The notes: a model not told the origin generated them from the letters alone. A stretch of 47,084 nt of DNA from a virus (IMGVR_UViG_3300032883_000151:1-47084); one strand, 5' to 3'. Positions 1 to 9,983 are shown, numbered from the stretch's first letter. Program-made: numbers and translations.

Positions 1-187
1 AGGTACGCTCTTGTTCGGATCGGACATGCGCGCGATGCGCGACCGCATCCGGGTCGGTGACAAGGTCCACTTCCAGTTCCGAGGCAAGCGCCTCACCGGC
101 ACGGTCGCCGCCAAGAACCCGAAGACGGCCAGGGTCATGGTCAAGGGCCGCAAGTGGCGCGTACCCTACGGGCTGCTGAGGAAGTAG
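1..187 (+). CDS. Partial hypothetical protein (3' end)
   Basis: Open frame running in from the window edge (...GTVAAKNPKTARVMVKGRKWRVPYGLLRK), TAG at 185-187 just before ATG 190. Confidence 0.5.
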   Translation, partial: GTLLFGSDMRAMRDRIRVGDKVHFQFRGKRLTGTVAAKNPKTARVMVKGRKWRVPYGLLRK

Positions 188-189
188 CC

Positions 190-1818
190 ATGCGAGCCAC
201 CCGCAGACGCCGGAGGAATCCAGAGCCCGCGCCGTTCGACTGGAAACGAGCGACTCCCGACGAGCTGATCGATGCGGCCGAGACCGGCGTTCTGACGACG
301 GACGACGTTGAAGCCTTCCGGCAGGAGATGCTCGCAGTGCGGGACGACTGCTACAAAGAAGTCTCGGAACGGTGGCGCACCAGCGTCGAGCGGCTCTTGG
401 CTCTACCCGAGGCGTCATCGAAGTCGACGCTACGCGCCGCCCTGGAGGCGGTGGAGGACGCTGGACGACCATCAGCCAACACACAATGCCTCGTCGTGCG
501 AGGCGTATCACTAGACTTGGCTCATGCGATAGTAAAGTCCAACACTCTACTGAACCAATTAGACGACATCGTAGCGGGCATAAGCGGCCACACGGACGCT
601 CTGTATGACACGCTATCGCGCGTAGCCAGCTCAGAGTACGTCCGAGCCATCGAGGCTGCCAGGGCTGAGTTCGATGCCCTTTTTTGGAACAATAGGCTCG
701 CACGCTCAGTGGCGCAGGTACTCGACCTCCGTCTCGACGAGGAGGATCTGAGTACCCTAAACCGTGAGCTGTACAACTCCCGGAGTGACCTCTTCCGCAT
801 ATCGTTCTTCAACACGGTGTCCGAGCTACCGTCACCTGGCACGATTGAAGACGGATGGTGGGTGCTATGGTCCACTCCACTGACCGCGATCGATGCAGTC
901 GTCGATCCGGTCCAGATCAATGAGTACGGCATTGCTCCGGACTGGTACATGTCCATTGTATCGGAAATCGAGGATCGGCCACCAAAGAGTGTCGATCTCA
1001 TCGTCCAGAGAGCGTCCGCTGGCACTACGCCGGAGCCGACTTCCGATTGGAGTTGGTCGGCATCGTTCGCGCACGACGACCCGTTGCACAAGCCATTTAC
1101 CGTGCATGTCGTCCTTCCGAAGTGGCTCGTCATGTCAACGCACTTAGACAATCTGCGTGACCTAGTAGGCGAGCTGTTCGCAGAGCGCCCAGAGGAGCGA
1201 TACGACACCGCGCAGGAGCGCGTGACGGACACTTCGGCGTTCAAGCGCTGGTTCGGCGAGAGCACAGTCGTCGACAAGCTCGGCCGACCGATGATCGTGT
1301 TCCACGGAACGAACAAGGGTGGCTTTACGAAATTCTCGAAAGAGCGCATCGATCCGCATCACATCGGGTTCTTTTTTACGGACAGCCGCCGGATGGCGCT
1401 GACGTACACCCATGCAGATCCGGGAGAGGATCCAACGCCTGACCACACGGTAGAGGTGGCGGCTATGCACTTCAAGGGCGTCTACGAAGTCTACCTGAGC
1501 ATCCAGAATCCGCTCGTCGTGGATGCCGACGGCGCCAAATGGAATGCGATTGAATTCGACGTACAGAGGGAAGGCGAGAGACGCAAGGAGCGTGTCAACA
1601 CTGACAAGCTGTCGTACATCGCCAAAGAGGCCGGTTACGACGGCGTGATCATCAAGCGCGTCCGCGATAGCGGCGGGATGAAGGACTACGAGGCGCCAGG
1701 CACGGTCTACATCGCGTTCTACCCCTCGCAGATCAAGAGCGCCCACAAGAACGTAGGCACCTTTGACCCTGCAAACGAAGACATCCGGCGTAACCCAAGG
1801 CGTAGGCGCAGGACATGA
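190..1818 (+). CDS. Polyvalent-type protein with C-terminal ADP-ribosyltransferase-like (ART-PolyVal-like) domain
   Basis: C-terminal motifs FKRWFGES..VFHGT..GFFFT..VYLSIQNPL..GYDGVII..AFYPSQIKS..NVGTFD; ATG 190 preferred over GTG 154. Confidence 0.7.
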   Translation: MRATRRRRRNPEPAPFDWKRATPDELIDAAETGVLTTDDVEAFRQEMLAVRDDCYKEVSERWRTSVERLLALPEASSKSTLRAALEAVEDAGRPSANTQCLVVRGVSLDLAHAIVKSNTLLNQLDDIVAGISGHTDALYDTLSRVASSEYVRAIEAARAEFDALFWNNRLARSVAQVLDLRLDEEDLSTLNRELYNSRSDLFRISFFNTVSELPSPGTIEDGWWVLWSTPLTAIDAVVDPVQINEYGIAPDWYMSIVSEIEDRPPKSVDLIVQRASAGTTPEPTSDWSWSASFAHDDPLHKPFTVHVVLPKWLVMSTHLDNLRDLVGELFAERPEERYDTAQERVTDTSAFKRWFGESTVVDKLGRPMIVFHGTNKGGFTKFSKERIDPHHIGFFFTDSRRMALTYTHADPGEDPTPDHTVEVAAMHFKGVYEVYLSIQNPLVVDADGAKWNAIEFDVQREGERRKERVNTDKLSYIAKEAGYDGVIIKRVRDSGGMKDYEAPGTVYIAFYPSQIKSAHKNVGTFDPANEDIRRNPRRRRRT

Positions 1819-3062
1819 GCACCGACATCCGACGTAACCCGGCAGAGTATGACCGCAACCCGTTCTTGTCCGCCATGTACGCCCGAAACCCATACGCTTA
1901 TCACGCCACGACTGCCTCGGCTCTCGACAGGATTCGCAAGGACGGGCTTGCGCCGCAACGACAACCGCTCGCCCATCGCGGCGAGCAACGAGCAACGAGT
2001 GAGCCTGCGCTCTTCTTCGCGGTCAGCGCAGCAGCGGCCTCGGTCTGGGGGCCAGTCGTTCTTCGGTTTCCGTGGCCAGACGACGACGAGATCCACCCCG
2101 ACCCCTACTCGGACACGGTCATGCTACCCGGCGGCGAAATCGTCGAGTCGCAGTGGTACGGCCGCGTGGTAGTGCCTCCACAGCAGATCGAGGTGCTGTC
2201 TGGCACGGCAAAGAAACCAGTCTGGCTGCCACTGGACGAAAGGTACTCACGCAACCCGCCGTGGGCCGACAAGATCATCAAGGACAACCTCAAGGACATT
2301 GAGGCCGTTCTTGGGCCCAGCATGGTGCCGAAGGCCACTCCGGCCAACCCGGACAAGTGGCATGAGCTTGGTCCCTGCGGTGGCTACGGGTGCGTCTACG
2401 CTACGGATGTGCCTGGAATCGTCATGAAGCTCACGGGCGACACGTCCGAGGCTCAGTTCGTCGCCTCCTGCCTGCAGTTCGACATTCCGTGGCACCCTGG
2501 CATCGTCGAGTACGCCGGAGTCTACCGCCTGGTAGGCGACACCCCACGCCCAGGACGGCCCGCACGCTGGGGCGCAGTTTGCGGTCTGTGGCGCCAGGAG
2601 GCCGAAGGCTTCGGCGAATTCGCCCACATGCGAGCGCCTACGCCGATTGGATACCAGTGGATCGTCGCGCCCGAAGATCGGGCGTCCTACATGCCGCTTG
2701 GCGCTTACGGCGCTGTCATGGATCTGATCAATGGGATCAGGAACTCCATCGGCGAGTTCGGCGCTGTCGGCCAGCGCGAATACGACTCGCTGACGGGGCG
2801 CATCATGGAAGGCCACCTGTGGACCGAGCTTGAAGACGCGATCACGGCGCTCGGAGAGTTCGATGGCTGGACTGGCGTCAGCTCGGCCATGCTTTTCTAC
2901 ATGGGCGAGGGGATGCTTTTAGGCGACGTTCACGGCGACAACGTCGGTTACGTTCGCGGCGAGGACGGCCACCACAGGCTCGTCATCACGGACCCAGGCA
3001 TGATGGTGCCGATGTACTGGAAGTACAAGAACGTCAAGATCCATGGGATATGGGAGCGGTGA
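1815..3062 (+). CDS. Fusion of N-terminal ART-fold (Tpt1/KptA-like) domain and C-terminal protein-kinase-like domain
   Basis: YHATT..IRKDGL..LFFA..VPPQQI, then Gly loop GPCGGYGCVY, IVMKLT, SEAQF, GDVHGDNVG, ITDPG; ATGA overlap with previous gene. Confidence 0.7.
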   Translation: MSTDIRRNPAEYDRNPFLSAMYARNPYAYHATTASALDRIRKDGLAPQRQPLAHRGEQRATSEPALFFAVSAAAASVWGPVVLRFPWPDDDEIHPDPYSDTVMLPGGEIVESQWYGRVVVPPQQIEVLSGTAKKPVWLPLDERYSRNPPWADKIIKDNLKDIEAVLGPSMVPKATPANPDKWHELGPCGGYGCVYATDVPGIVMKLTGDTSEAQFVASCLQFDIPWHPGIVEYAGVYRLVGDTPRPGRPARWGAVCGLWRQEAEGFGEFAHMRAPTPIGYQWIVAPEDRASYMPLGAYGAVMDLINGIRNSIGEFGAVGQREYDSLTGRIMEGHLWTELEDAITALGEFDGWTGVSSAMLFYMGEGMLLGDVHGDNVGYVRGEDGHHRLVITDPGMMVPMYWKYKNVKIHGIWER

Positions 3063-3063
3063 A

Positions 3064-3405
3064 ATGAAAAGAGAATATTTTGTTTCCATCGACGACGGCA
3101 AGGTTCTTATTCCTTTCAAGACGAGCAGACAGGCAGATGAGTTCGCTGATCAGATCATTTATGAGGGCGTGGTAGCGGTCGGCAAAGAGGGCTGGACGAT
3201 CACCCCTGGAATCGAAGGCAGCCGCCCCGTCGTCGCGGGGGGCGCATGGGAGGAAGAACCCACCGCTGTGGATGTTGTCTCCTTGACACGTTATGCCAAC
3301 GGAACCGCTCGCCTCGAACGCCTCAGTCAGTGGGATTGGGACACCGGAAGCTGGAAGCTCAAGGGTGGCGAGACGCGATGGCCTGGCTATGCCGGCCGTC
3401 CGTAG
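3064..3405 (+). CDS. Hypothetical protein
   Basis: ATG directly after previous stop, GGAG upstream. Confidence 0.55.
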   Translation: MKREYFVSIDDGKVLIPFKTSRQADEFADQIIYEGVVAVGKEGWTITPGIEGSRPVVAGGAWEEEPTAVDVVSLTRYANGTARLERLSQWDWDTGSWKLKGGETRWPGYAGRP

Positions 3406-3436
3406 CGCGAGTCGGGTCCCCTTCTGATCTACGACC

Positions 3437-4240
3437 ATGAGACACCACGTCCCGAATCCTCCGTGGGCTGACAATGTCATCCGAAAGAACTTGGATGACA
3501 TTGAGACGGTGCTAGGGCCGCAGTTGGCGCCGGTCCCAAGGCCGCCTCCGAGTCCTTCAGCAATGGCTCGGTGGCGCGAGGCGTGGCCGGGCGATCCGTA
3601 CCCGACGACCTGGCCAGAACTAGGTTGCGGAGGCTACGGGTGCGTCTACGAGACGCGCTCCCCTGGCATCGTGCTGAAGCTCACGAGCGACGAATCGGAA
3701 GCCCTATTCGTTGCCATCTGCCTTCGAGAGCAGTTCCCATGGCCCGAAGGGATCACGCAGTACCTTGCTGCCTACGAGCTTGGTGTGGACAGCGAAGGAG
3801 GCCAAAGATTCTGGGGTCTGTGGCGCGAAGCTGCCCACGGGTTCGATGCTTTTGGGCCGGTCGAAGCGCAGACTGTGGCGTTGTGGCGAACTGCTCACGG
3901 GTTTGACCGCTGGCCTGATCCCGCTGCCGACTACGCAGCCGGACTCTTTCAGGCGCGCCACGAGAACACCCCTGGTTGGGAAAAGGTCGTTGCCGCTGCC
4001 GCTTACTACGACAGGCTAGGGCTGCATATCAGTGACATTCACTCCCGCAACGTCGGGTACGTACCTCGCGGTGGCAAGGACGTGCTGGTGATCACGGATC
4101 CAGGCCGCATGATTTTTACGAATTCTGCGCTGATGGACAAATACGAGGATTTCGAGGTTCCTAAGCTGGCGGACGAGGCGCAGAGCAAGTACGCGCTGCC
4201 GAGCATCCTGGCCAATCCGAAACGCAGGCGGCGCACATGA
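3437..4240 (+). CDS. Protein-kinase-like protein (paralogue of the 1815-3062 kinase domain)
   Basis: GCGGYGCVY, IVLKLT, SEALFV, SDIHSRNVG, ITDPG. Confidence 0.75.
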   Translation: MRHHVPNPPWADNVIRKNLDDIETVLGPQLAPVPRPPPSPSAMARWREAWPGDPYPTTWPELGCGGYGCVYETRSPGIVLKLTSDESEALFVAICLREQFPWPEGITQYLAAYELGVDSEGGQRFWGLWREAAHGFDAFGPVEAQTVALWRTAHGFDRWPDPAADYAAGLFQARHENTPGWEKVVAAAAYYDRLGLHISDIHSRNVGYVPRGGKDVLVITDPGRMIFTNSALMDKYEDFEVPKLADEAQSKYALPSILANPKRRRRT

Positions 4241-4767
4241 GCGACTTCGAGAATACCAACGTCATTGCGGTGGACCCAGCGGTCGTTGTCGCGATGCCGC
4301 TGCCGGTCAGGTTCATCTACCTTGAGTACGACGCCGAACACGGCTACCCGGAGAACCGCTGGAGAACGAGATTTGCCATCGTGTACCCGAATGGCGAGGC
4401 CACGTTCATCGGCTCCGGCGAATTCAGCATGATGGGTGCCGATTTTTCCGCGTACCTCTACGCCGACGAAGGGCTGAGAACTCCAGAGGCCCAGAAGCTA
4501 CAGGACATCCTCGACGACGATTCGATCCCGCTCACCGAGGACGACATCAAGCGGATCGACGCCCAGCTTGTGGCCATGGAAGCAGCAGGGACCGAATGGC
4601 TGGTCAAGCCAGACAGCAGCAACGAGAACGCGGACGGGGACCTGCTGGAGACGCTGGACAGCGTCTCGTACACGATCCGTGAGCTAATGGAAGTCGCCAC
4701 GGCCTCCGACTACGGCACGCCCGTCGTCTCCGGCGATGACATCTTCAAGGGCTGGAAGGCGAACTAG
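4237..4767 (+). CDS. Acidic hypothetical protein
   Basis: ATGA overlap with previous gene, GC3-rich codons. Confidence 0.65.
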   Translation: MSDFENTNVIAVDPAVVVAMPLPVRFIYLEYDAEHGYPENRWRTRFAIVYPNGEATFIGSGEFSMMGADFSAYLYADEGLRTPEAQKLQDILDDDSIPLTEDDIKRIDAQLVAMEAAGTEWLVKPDSSNENADGDLLETLDSVSYTIRELMEVATASDYGTPVVSGDDIFKGWKAN

Positions 4768-5075
4768 CTCGCGGCTTCCTGGGTCTGGGCCTGGACGACT
4801 GCCACGGGTGGCCGCGCCTGGGCAATCTTGTGCGCCTCGACGCTGATCTGCGTGAGCTTCTGCCGGTCTTCCTCTGTCAGCCAGGACTCCTCGGGAATCC
4901 CGGCGACGCGCGACAGCGCTAGAATGTGGACGTAATCGGGCTTGCATCGGCCGCGAACCCACAACGACACGCAGCTCTGGCCAACTTTCAGAAGCCTTGC
5001 AAGCCATCTCTGGCTGCGCTGCCTGTCTGATTCCAGAAAGGCGACCAGCGCCTGCCTGCCCGGAGTCTCCGTCAT
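4764..5075 (-). CDS. XRE/Cro-like HTH regulator
   Basis: SQRWLARLLKVGQSCVSLWVRGRCKP helix-turn-helix pattern. Confidence 0.75.
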   Translation of the reverse strand: MTETPGRQALVAFLESDRQRSQRWLARLLKVGQSCVSLWVRGRCKPDYVHILALSRVAGIPEESWLTEEDRQKLTQISVEAHKIAQARPPVAVVQAQTQEAAS

Positions 5076-5081
5076 GAGCAA

Positions 5082-5110
5082 ACCGTAGTGTAGTCGCTTG
5101 CCGTCGTCAA
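5082..5110 (-). promoter_or_regulatory. sigma70-type promoter, near-leaderless, for the HTH gene
   Basis: TTGACG-N17-TACGGT, ATG 6 nt after the -10 box. Confidence 0.55.
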
Positions 5111-5275
5111 TCCCTTGTGTTCACAAGCAGTTATGCCACGTCACGAACGAACATCTGGTCAGCAAGAATCCGCGTCGTCAGCTCTTGAATGCGCGTATTC
5201 TGATTCGCGCCCAACCGCGGTGAGGTCCAGGTCGCGTGGAACTGGATCGATCCGACCGACGAGTAGGAGCTACCC

Positions 5276-5446
5276 GTGAACCTTGCCAAGATCGCCGCCG
5301 CCGCGTGTCTGTGGGAACTCGGATGGTGCTGGCGCTCGCCCGTTCGCGGGGCGGACCGTCGCCGGACGACCGTGTCCGAATTCGACTGCCGCGCGCTTCA
5401 GATCGCCGATGATCTTGTCAAGACACTGGGTGGTGACACAGGCTGA
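5276..5446 (+). CDS. Small hypothetical protein (56 aa)
   Basis: AGGAG RBS then GTG; MNLAKIAAAACLWELGW...GGDTG; below the ORF-track cutoff. Confidence 0.4.
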   Translation: MNLAKIAAAACLWELGWCWRSPVRGADRRRTTVSEFDCRALQIADDLVKTLGGDTG

Positions 5447-5581
5447 TCGAGCAGCGAGTACGATGGTAGTGACGCGCGGGCAAAGGCATTGCTTTCGCTC
5501 TGCACCGGGTGCCCGCGTGACTCGGCGTGCCGTTGTTCCAGTTGAGCAGGTTCACGCACTCGTGAAGCGCTGGCGTCGACT

Positions 5582-8407
5582 TCAAGACGAACTTGTACCC
5601 GGCGCCGAACGTCCTGAAGTGAACTTTTCTACGACTGCATCGACCGTGTCGAACGATCCCGCATCAGGCCCGTCACCGGCTCCGTAACCGTCCACAGCCG
5701 TAGCGATGAGCTTCTGCTTGGCCGTCAGAACGTCGGCGATGTACTCGTCTACCGTGCTCTGCGCGTCCAGGTAGGTGGCCACGACGGCGCGGCGCTGGCC
5801 GATTCGATGACAGTTGTGGACCACCGCCTGTCCGACAACAAACGAGTGATCCTCTTCCACCTCTAGGTCATACACCATCGTCTTGGGGCGCCTGACAGCC
5901 TGGTACGTCTCTACGCGACGCACGGGATGATAGACGTAGTCCTCATCGCTGCGGCACAGCTTGGCGTTGTGCGGGATCCCGTCCACCGTGTACGTGCCGA
6001 CCCAAGCTCCATCGTTCTTCCCTCCCTCCGTACGGATTAGACTCGGTGATTCGCCGGTCGCAGCAGCCAGCAGTGCCATCTGATGCGCAAGTGTCACCGA
6101 GACAGAAATCCACGATGTCTGTCGTTTACGACGATACCCGTCTCCTTGCACGTACGCGTCTAGCACAATGCGCATTTGTCGCCGCGACAGACGCCACGCC
6201 CAATCAGGCAAATGCTTGTCGTGCGCTCCGTTGCCAAAGTGGTCACCGAACCACCGCGCCAACTCGACCGAGTAGGCGCGTAGCTCGCTTGATAGCCACA
6301 TCTTCTTCCGTGCGATGGTCGCTTTCACGCCAAACAGCTCCATGCGCCTGCCGATTCTCTCCAAGATCGGCTCTTCCTTCCGGTGTCCCGAAAACGACGC
6401 CGAATTGCCCTTGCCACGGCCAAGGATGGAGCATCCTTCCGCTAGGTACCAGCCACACGCGAAGAGCAACTCATCATCAAGCGGGAACGTTTCCGGCATC
6501 GGAACGTAGCGGCCGTTACGCATCTTGTTTCCGCCACGACTAAGTTGCGTCGGATCGTGTCGCAAAGCTGCCGGGAACTCTAGCTCTGTCACGCCTGGTC
6601 CACCTTCGAGACGTGGCATGATCAGCGAATCGCCAGGCAGGACAGTGTGCGCTGGCATCCACTCCGGCCTCGCTCCTCCTTTGGCTACCAGCAACTTGTG
6701 GTCGTGCGTGCAGACCAATGGGTCGCTGTAACGATAGTACGTCACTGCAGTCATTAGTCCACGGTGCTCTCGCTTCTTCGTGCGCAGCACGCGCTGCCAA
6801 CGGCCAGTGTGCGACAGCACCATGTCTCCCTTGCGCACCTCTTCAATGCGCGTCGGCCCGCGACTGGTTTCGACTAGCTGGCCCTCCACGATGCACCTGT
6901 CCTCGCATTGACTCATGCGGCTTGGTGTCCAGTCGCGCTCGATGAACAGGGTGTCCGACGCCCTGTGTAGGTTCAGTCCTACGCCCGCTGCCCTGATGGG
7001 TGCGATGAACACGTCGGCGTGCCCCTGCTGGAAGGCATCGACGGCTAGCTGGCGCTTCTCCAACGCCTCGTCGCCGATGCCCACGCAGCGCAGGCCGAAA
7101 CCGGCGCACAGCGGGTAGAGCTGGGAGACGACCTCCCGGTGGTAGGCGAAGATTACGAGCGGCTGCGGGTCTGGCCCACCAAACCACTGCTCCAGGTACT
7201 CGGGCACCGCCGAGCGCATCTTGCCGAGGGCCGCCAGCTTGCGAAGCATGGTCAGCCTGACGATGGCCTGCGCCCTTGCCGCCGCGCGAGCCCTCTCGTC
7301 ACCCTGGCGCGTCCGGAGCCATGCGATCACGTCCTTCTCGGCTGCCTTGTACTGCGCCATGTCGTGCGTATCGAGCGACACGAGCAGCGACCGGCGACTC
7401 TTGGGCGGCAAGTCCTTCTGCACCTCGCTCTTGAGGCGCCGAAGCATCATCGGCTGGATGCGGACCTGAAACTCATCGATGTTCTCGATGCGGCCACGGC
7501 TCGTCACGAAGCGCCTCGGCTCGCGGTTGCCGAGCGGCACCTCGTCGTCAGGGGGCGGCTTGACGTACCTTTTGACGAACTTCTCGTAGGAGTCCCACTC
7601 CTTGGGGTCGGCCATGTGCAGCAGACGCCACATCTCCGACGGCCTGTTGAGCGCTGGGGTGCCGGTCAGCAGGATCGTGCGACCGATGGACCGCACCAGC
7701 CTGGTCGCTACCGCTGCCCGGTGCGAAGGGGCAGCCCTGGCCTCTTTGATCTCGTGAGCCTCGTCGAAGATGATGAGGCGAGCGCCCATGGAGAGCAGCT
7801 GCTCTTCGCGAAACTTGAGCAGGTCGTAGTTGATGATGACGACTTGCGCTCCGAACAGCGCGCCTCGACGCCCCTTGACGATCTCGATGCTCGGCGGCAC
7901 CCGCGCGTACTGGAACTCGCGAGCCCAGTTGAACTTGAGCGACGCAAGGCACACGACGATGGCCGGGAACATGCCCGTCGCTACCAGGGCGGCGATGCTC
8001 TGGGCGGATTTTCCCAAGCCCATCTCGTCGGCCAAGATCGCGCTTCTTCCGGCCGCAAGCTCCGCCGACAGCCACGCAGCACCGTGATCCTGGTACGGGA
8101 ACAGCGGCCTCTGCATGGCGGCGTTCACACGCGAGCGCCACTCGGGAGCCACCACCCGGATCGCGTAGGTGTTGGGCTCGATGTGCGGCTCGGCCTCGTG
8201 CAGCACCGTCATCGTGCCGCGTCGGCCATTCCACTCAATCGGCGTTCTCGTGCGCCGGTTGGCGTCCACCGTGATCCGCGCCCCGAGCTTGGGCGGATCG
8301 AACGTCGAGTACCAGAGGACGTCTGGCCCAGGCCCAAGGGTTACACCCCAAGAGCCGTCCATGCGTGGCCGAACCGACAGGACTCGGCCCGAGAGCCGAG
8401 TAGGCAT
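5582..8407 (-). CDS. SNF2/SWI2-family helicase containing an intein
   Basis: ILADEMGLGKS, DEAH, LLTGTP, AAGVGLNL, QCEDR|..|CHRIGQ; start 8407 overlaps the upstream HTH stop (TGATG). Confidence 0.9.
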   Translation of the reverse strand: MPTRLSGRVLSVRPRMDGSWGVTLGPGPDVLWYSTFDPPKLGARITVDANRRTRTPIEWNGRRGTMTVLHEAEPHIEPNTYAIRVVAPEWRSRVNAAMQRPLFPYQDHGAAWLSAELAAGRSAILADEMGLGKSAQSIAALVATGMFPAIVVCLASLKFNWAREFQYARVPPSIEIVKGRRGALFGAQVVIINYDLLKFREEQLLSMGARLIIFDEAHEIKEARAAPSHRAAVATRLVRSIGRTILLTGTPALNRPSEMWRLLHMADPKEWDSYEKFVKRYVKPPPDDEVPLGNREPRRFVTSRGRIENIDEFQVRIQPMMLRRLKSEVQKDLPPKSRRSLLVSLDTHDMAQYKAAEKDVIAWLRTRQGDERARAAARAQAIVRLTMLRKLAALGKMRSAVPEYLEQWFGGPDPQPLVIFAYHREVVSQLYPLCAGFGLRCVGIGDEALEKRQLAVDAFQQGHADVFIAPIRAAGVGLNLHRASDTLFIERDWTPSRMSQCEDRCIVEGQLVETSRGPTRIEEVRKGDMVLSHTGRWQRVLRTKKREHRGLMTAVTYYRYSDPLVCTHDHKLLVAKGGARPEWMPAHTVLPGDSLIMPRLEGGPGVTELEFPAALRHDPTQLSRGGNKMRNGRYVPMPETFPLDDELLFACGWYLAEGCSILGRGKGNSASFSGHRKEEPILERIGRRMELFGVKATIARKKMWLSSELRAYSVELARWFGDHFGNGAHDKHLPDWAWRLSRRQMRIVLDAYVQGDGYRRKRQTSWISVSVTLAHQMALLAAATGESPSLIRTEGGKNDGAWVGTYTVDGIPHNAKLCRSDEDYVYHPVRRVETYQAVRRPKTMVYDLEVEEDHSFVVGQAVVHNCHRIGQRRAVVATYLDAQSTVDEYIADVLTAKQKLIATAVDGYGAGDGPDAGSFDTVDAVVEKFTSGRSAPGTSSS
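5813..6895 (-). mobile_element. Intein (361 aa) with LAGLIDADG-type homing endonuclease, inserted in helicase motif VI
   Basis: Starts CIVEGQLV, block B CTHDHKLLV, GWYLAEG and AYVQGDG motifs, ends VYDLEVEEDHSFVVGQAVVHN followed by Cys+1. Confidence 0.92.
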
Positions 8408-8697
8408 CAGTTGAGCGGGGCGAACAAGGCGTCCACCAGCCCAGGCTTGATCCTCTCCATCTGCCTGATGTGGCTGATGCGAGGCTCGGCTTGCCCCGTT
8501 TCCCATCTCAAGATGGTGCTGATGCATCGTCCGATTTTCGCCGCCACTTCCTCCCGACTGAATGGGACCTCGCCATGCTCCCTCCACTCGCGGATGATCT
8601 TGCCGCTTCTCGGGTACTTGGGCTGGCGGACTGTAGGTTGAACTTCTCTGGTGGCCTTTGAGCTGATGCGCTGTTTCACGGGAAGCAGAAATGACAT
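8407..8697 (-). CDS. XRE-family HTH regulator
   Basis: SREEVAAKIGRCISTILRWETGQAEP; true start may be downstream. Confidence 0.75.
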   Translation of the reverse strand: MSFLLPVKQRISSKATREVQPTVRQPKYPRSGKIIREWREHGEVPFSREEVAAKIGRCISTILRWETGQAEPRISHIRQMERIKPGLVDALFAPLN

Positions 8698-8751
8698 GTT
8701 CGCTTCCTGCTGTCAACAGGTAGGGTTGCATAAGTGCGGTAGCATTTATGG

Positions 8752-8780
8752 TTGACAACCTTGACGGGCGCAGCTACACA
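8752..8780 (+). promoter_or_regulatory. sigma70-type promoter of the recombination operon (divergent from HTH/helicase)
   Basis: TTGACA-N17-TACACA in an AT-richer intergenic stretch. Confidence 0.5.
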
Positions 8781-8787
8781 AGCTGGC

Positions 8788-9030
8788 GTGCCCTCGGACA
8801 TCGACCTCGCTCGCGAGCTTGTTCGCGCAGTTACCGACGACTTCTGTGAATCGTTCACCAAACCCGCGGACTTTCAAGGTCCGACCGCGCGCTTGGTGGC
8901 TACCGGCATGCTGCCAGCCGGTGTAGATCCGAACGACAACAGGGTACGAGCCATACGCCTGCGCTGTCAGGCCGCCGACGCTGCCGCGCGTCCTGGACGT
9001 ACCACTTCCCACAGGAGCCAAACACAATGA
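8788..9030 (+). CDS. Hypothetical protein
   Basis: GTG start; ATGA overlap with bet. Confidence 0.4.
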   Translation: MPSDIDLARELVRAVTDDFCESFTKPADFQGPTARLVATGMLPAGVDPNDNRVRAIRLRCQAADAAARPGRTTSHRSQTQ

Positions 9031-9983
9031 GCGACCCCAAAAAGGACTCTCTCGCCCGCGTTCCCACGACGGCCATGCGTCCGCTCGAATTCTCTGCCGA
9101 GCAGAAGCAAATGATCCGCGACAGCTACGCCAACGGCGCGACCAACGAGGAGTTCTCGGTCCTGATGGAGATTGCGAGAACGCGCAATCTCAATCCTCTG
9201 CTCAAGCAGGTCTACTTCGTCAAGCGTTGGGACAAGAGCAAGGGTCGCGAAGTCTGGTCGGCACAAGTCTCCATCGACGGCCTGCGCGCCATCGCCCAGC
9301 GCACTGGGCAGTACGATGGCCAGGACCAGCCCGAATTCGAGTACGCCGACAACGGCAAGGGCAAGCTCAAGAGCTGCAAGATCAAGGTCTACCGCAAGGA
9401 CTGGAGTCGTCCTGCCGTCGGGTTCGTCATGTGGGACGAGGCTGCCCAGACCAACAAGAGCGGCGAGCTGACCGACTTCTGGCGCCGCATGCCGCACCGC
9501 ATGATCGAGAAGGTCGCCGAGAGCATCGCGCTGCGCAAGGCGTTCTCCGAGGAGACAGGCGGCATCAGCGTCGAAGGCGTAGAAGCCGACGACTCCGAAC
9601 CCGACATCGAGGCCGTCTTCACCTCCGCTCGTCCTGCCCCTGCCCCGGCGCCGGTCGCTGCTCCGCCAGCGCCGGAGCGCCCGGTAGCTCCCGCCCCCAC
9701 GGCCCCCGTTGACGCCGAGTTCGAGGAAGAGCCGCAGGCTCCGCCTCGGGCCACTCCGTCTGGGCCTCCCGACATGCCGCTGCCCTTTACCAGCGGGCCC
9801 TTCGCGGGCAAGAAGCTCAGCGATCTGAAGACAGAGGACGTGATCCGCACGTTCGTCGCCGGATTTCGCCGCGTCGCCGACGAGGCCGCAGACGCTGGCG
9901 ATGCAGCTCTACAGGCCGAGAAGCTCAAGTGGGCCGACAGGGTCATCGCCTGGGCCAAGTACCGCAATATCAACGTGGAGTAA
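9027..9983 (+). CDS. bet: Phage single-strand annealing protein, Bet/RecT family
   Basis: LNPLLKQVYFVKR, QVSIDGLRAIAQRTGQYDG, WRRMPHRMIEKVAESIALRKAF. Confidence 0.9.
   Translation: MSDPKKDSLARVPTTAMRPLEFSAEQKQMIRDSYANGATNEEFSVLMEIARTRNLNPLLKQVYFVKRWDKSKGREVWSAQVSIDGLRAIAQRTGQYDGQDQPEFEYADNGKGKLKSCKIKVYRKDWSRPAVGFVMWDEAAQTNKSGELTDFWRRMPHRMIEKVAESIALRKAFSEETGGISVEGVEADDSEPDIEAVFTSARPAPAPAPVAAPPAPERPVAPAPTAPVDAEFEEEPQAPPRATPSGPPDMPLPFTSGPFAGKKLSDLKTEDVIRTFVAGFRRVADEAADAGDAALQAEKLKWADRVIAWAKYRNINVE

Noticed and set aside
7139-8641. 500-aa plus-strand ORF
   Set aside because: Antisense shadow of the SNF2 helicase; no motifs; typical high-GC artefact.
8408-8758. N-terminal extension of the helicase ORF to 8758
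   Set aside because: Overlaps the HTH gene in another frame; ATG 8407 is coupled to the HTH stop.
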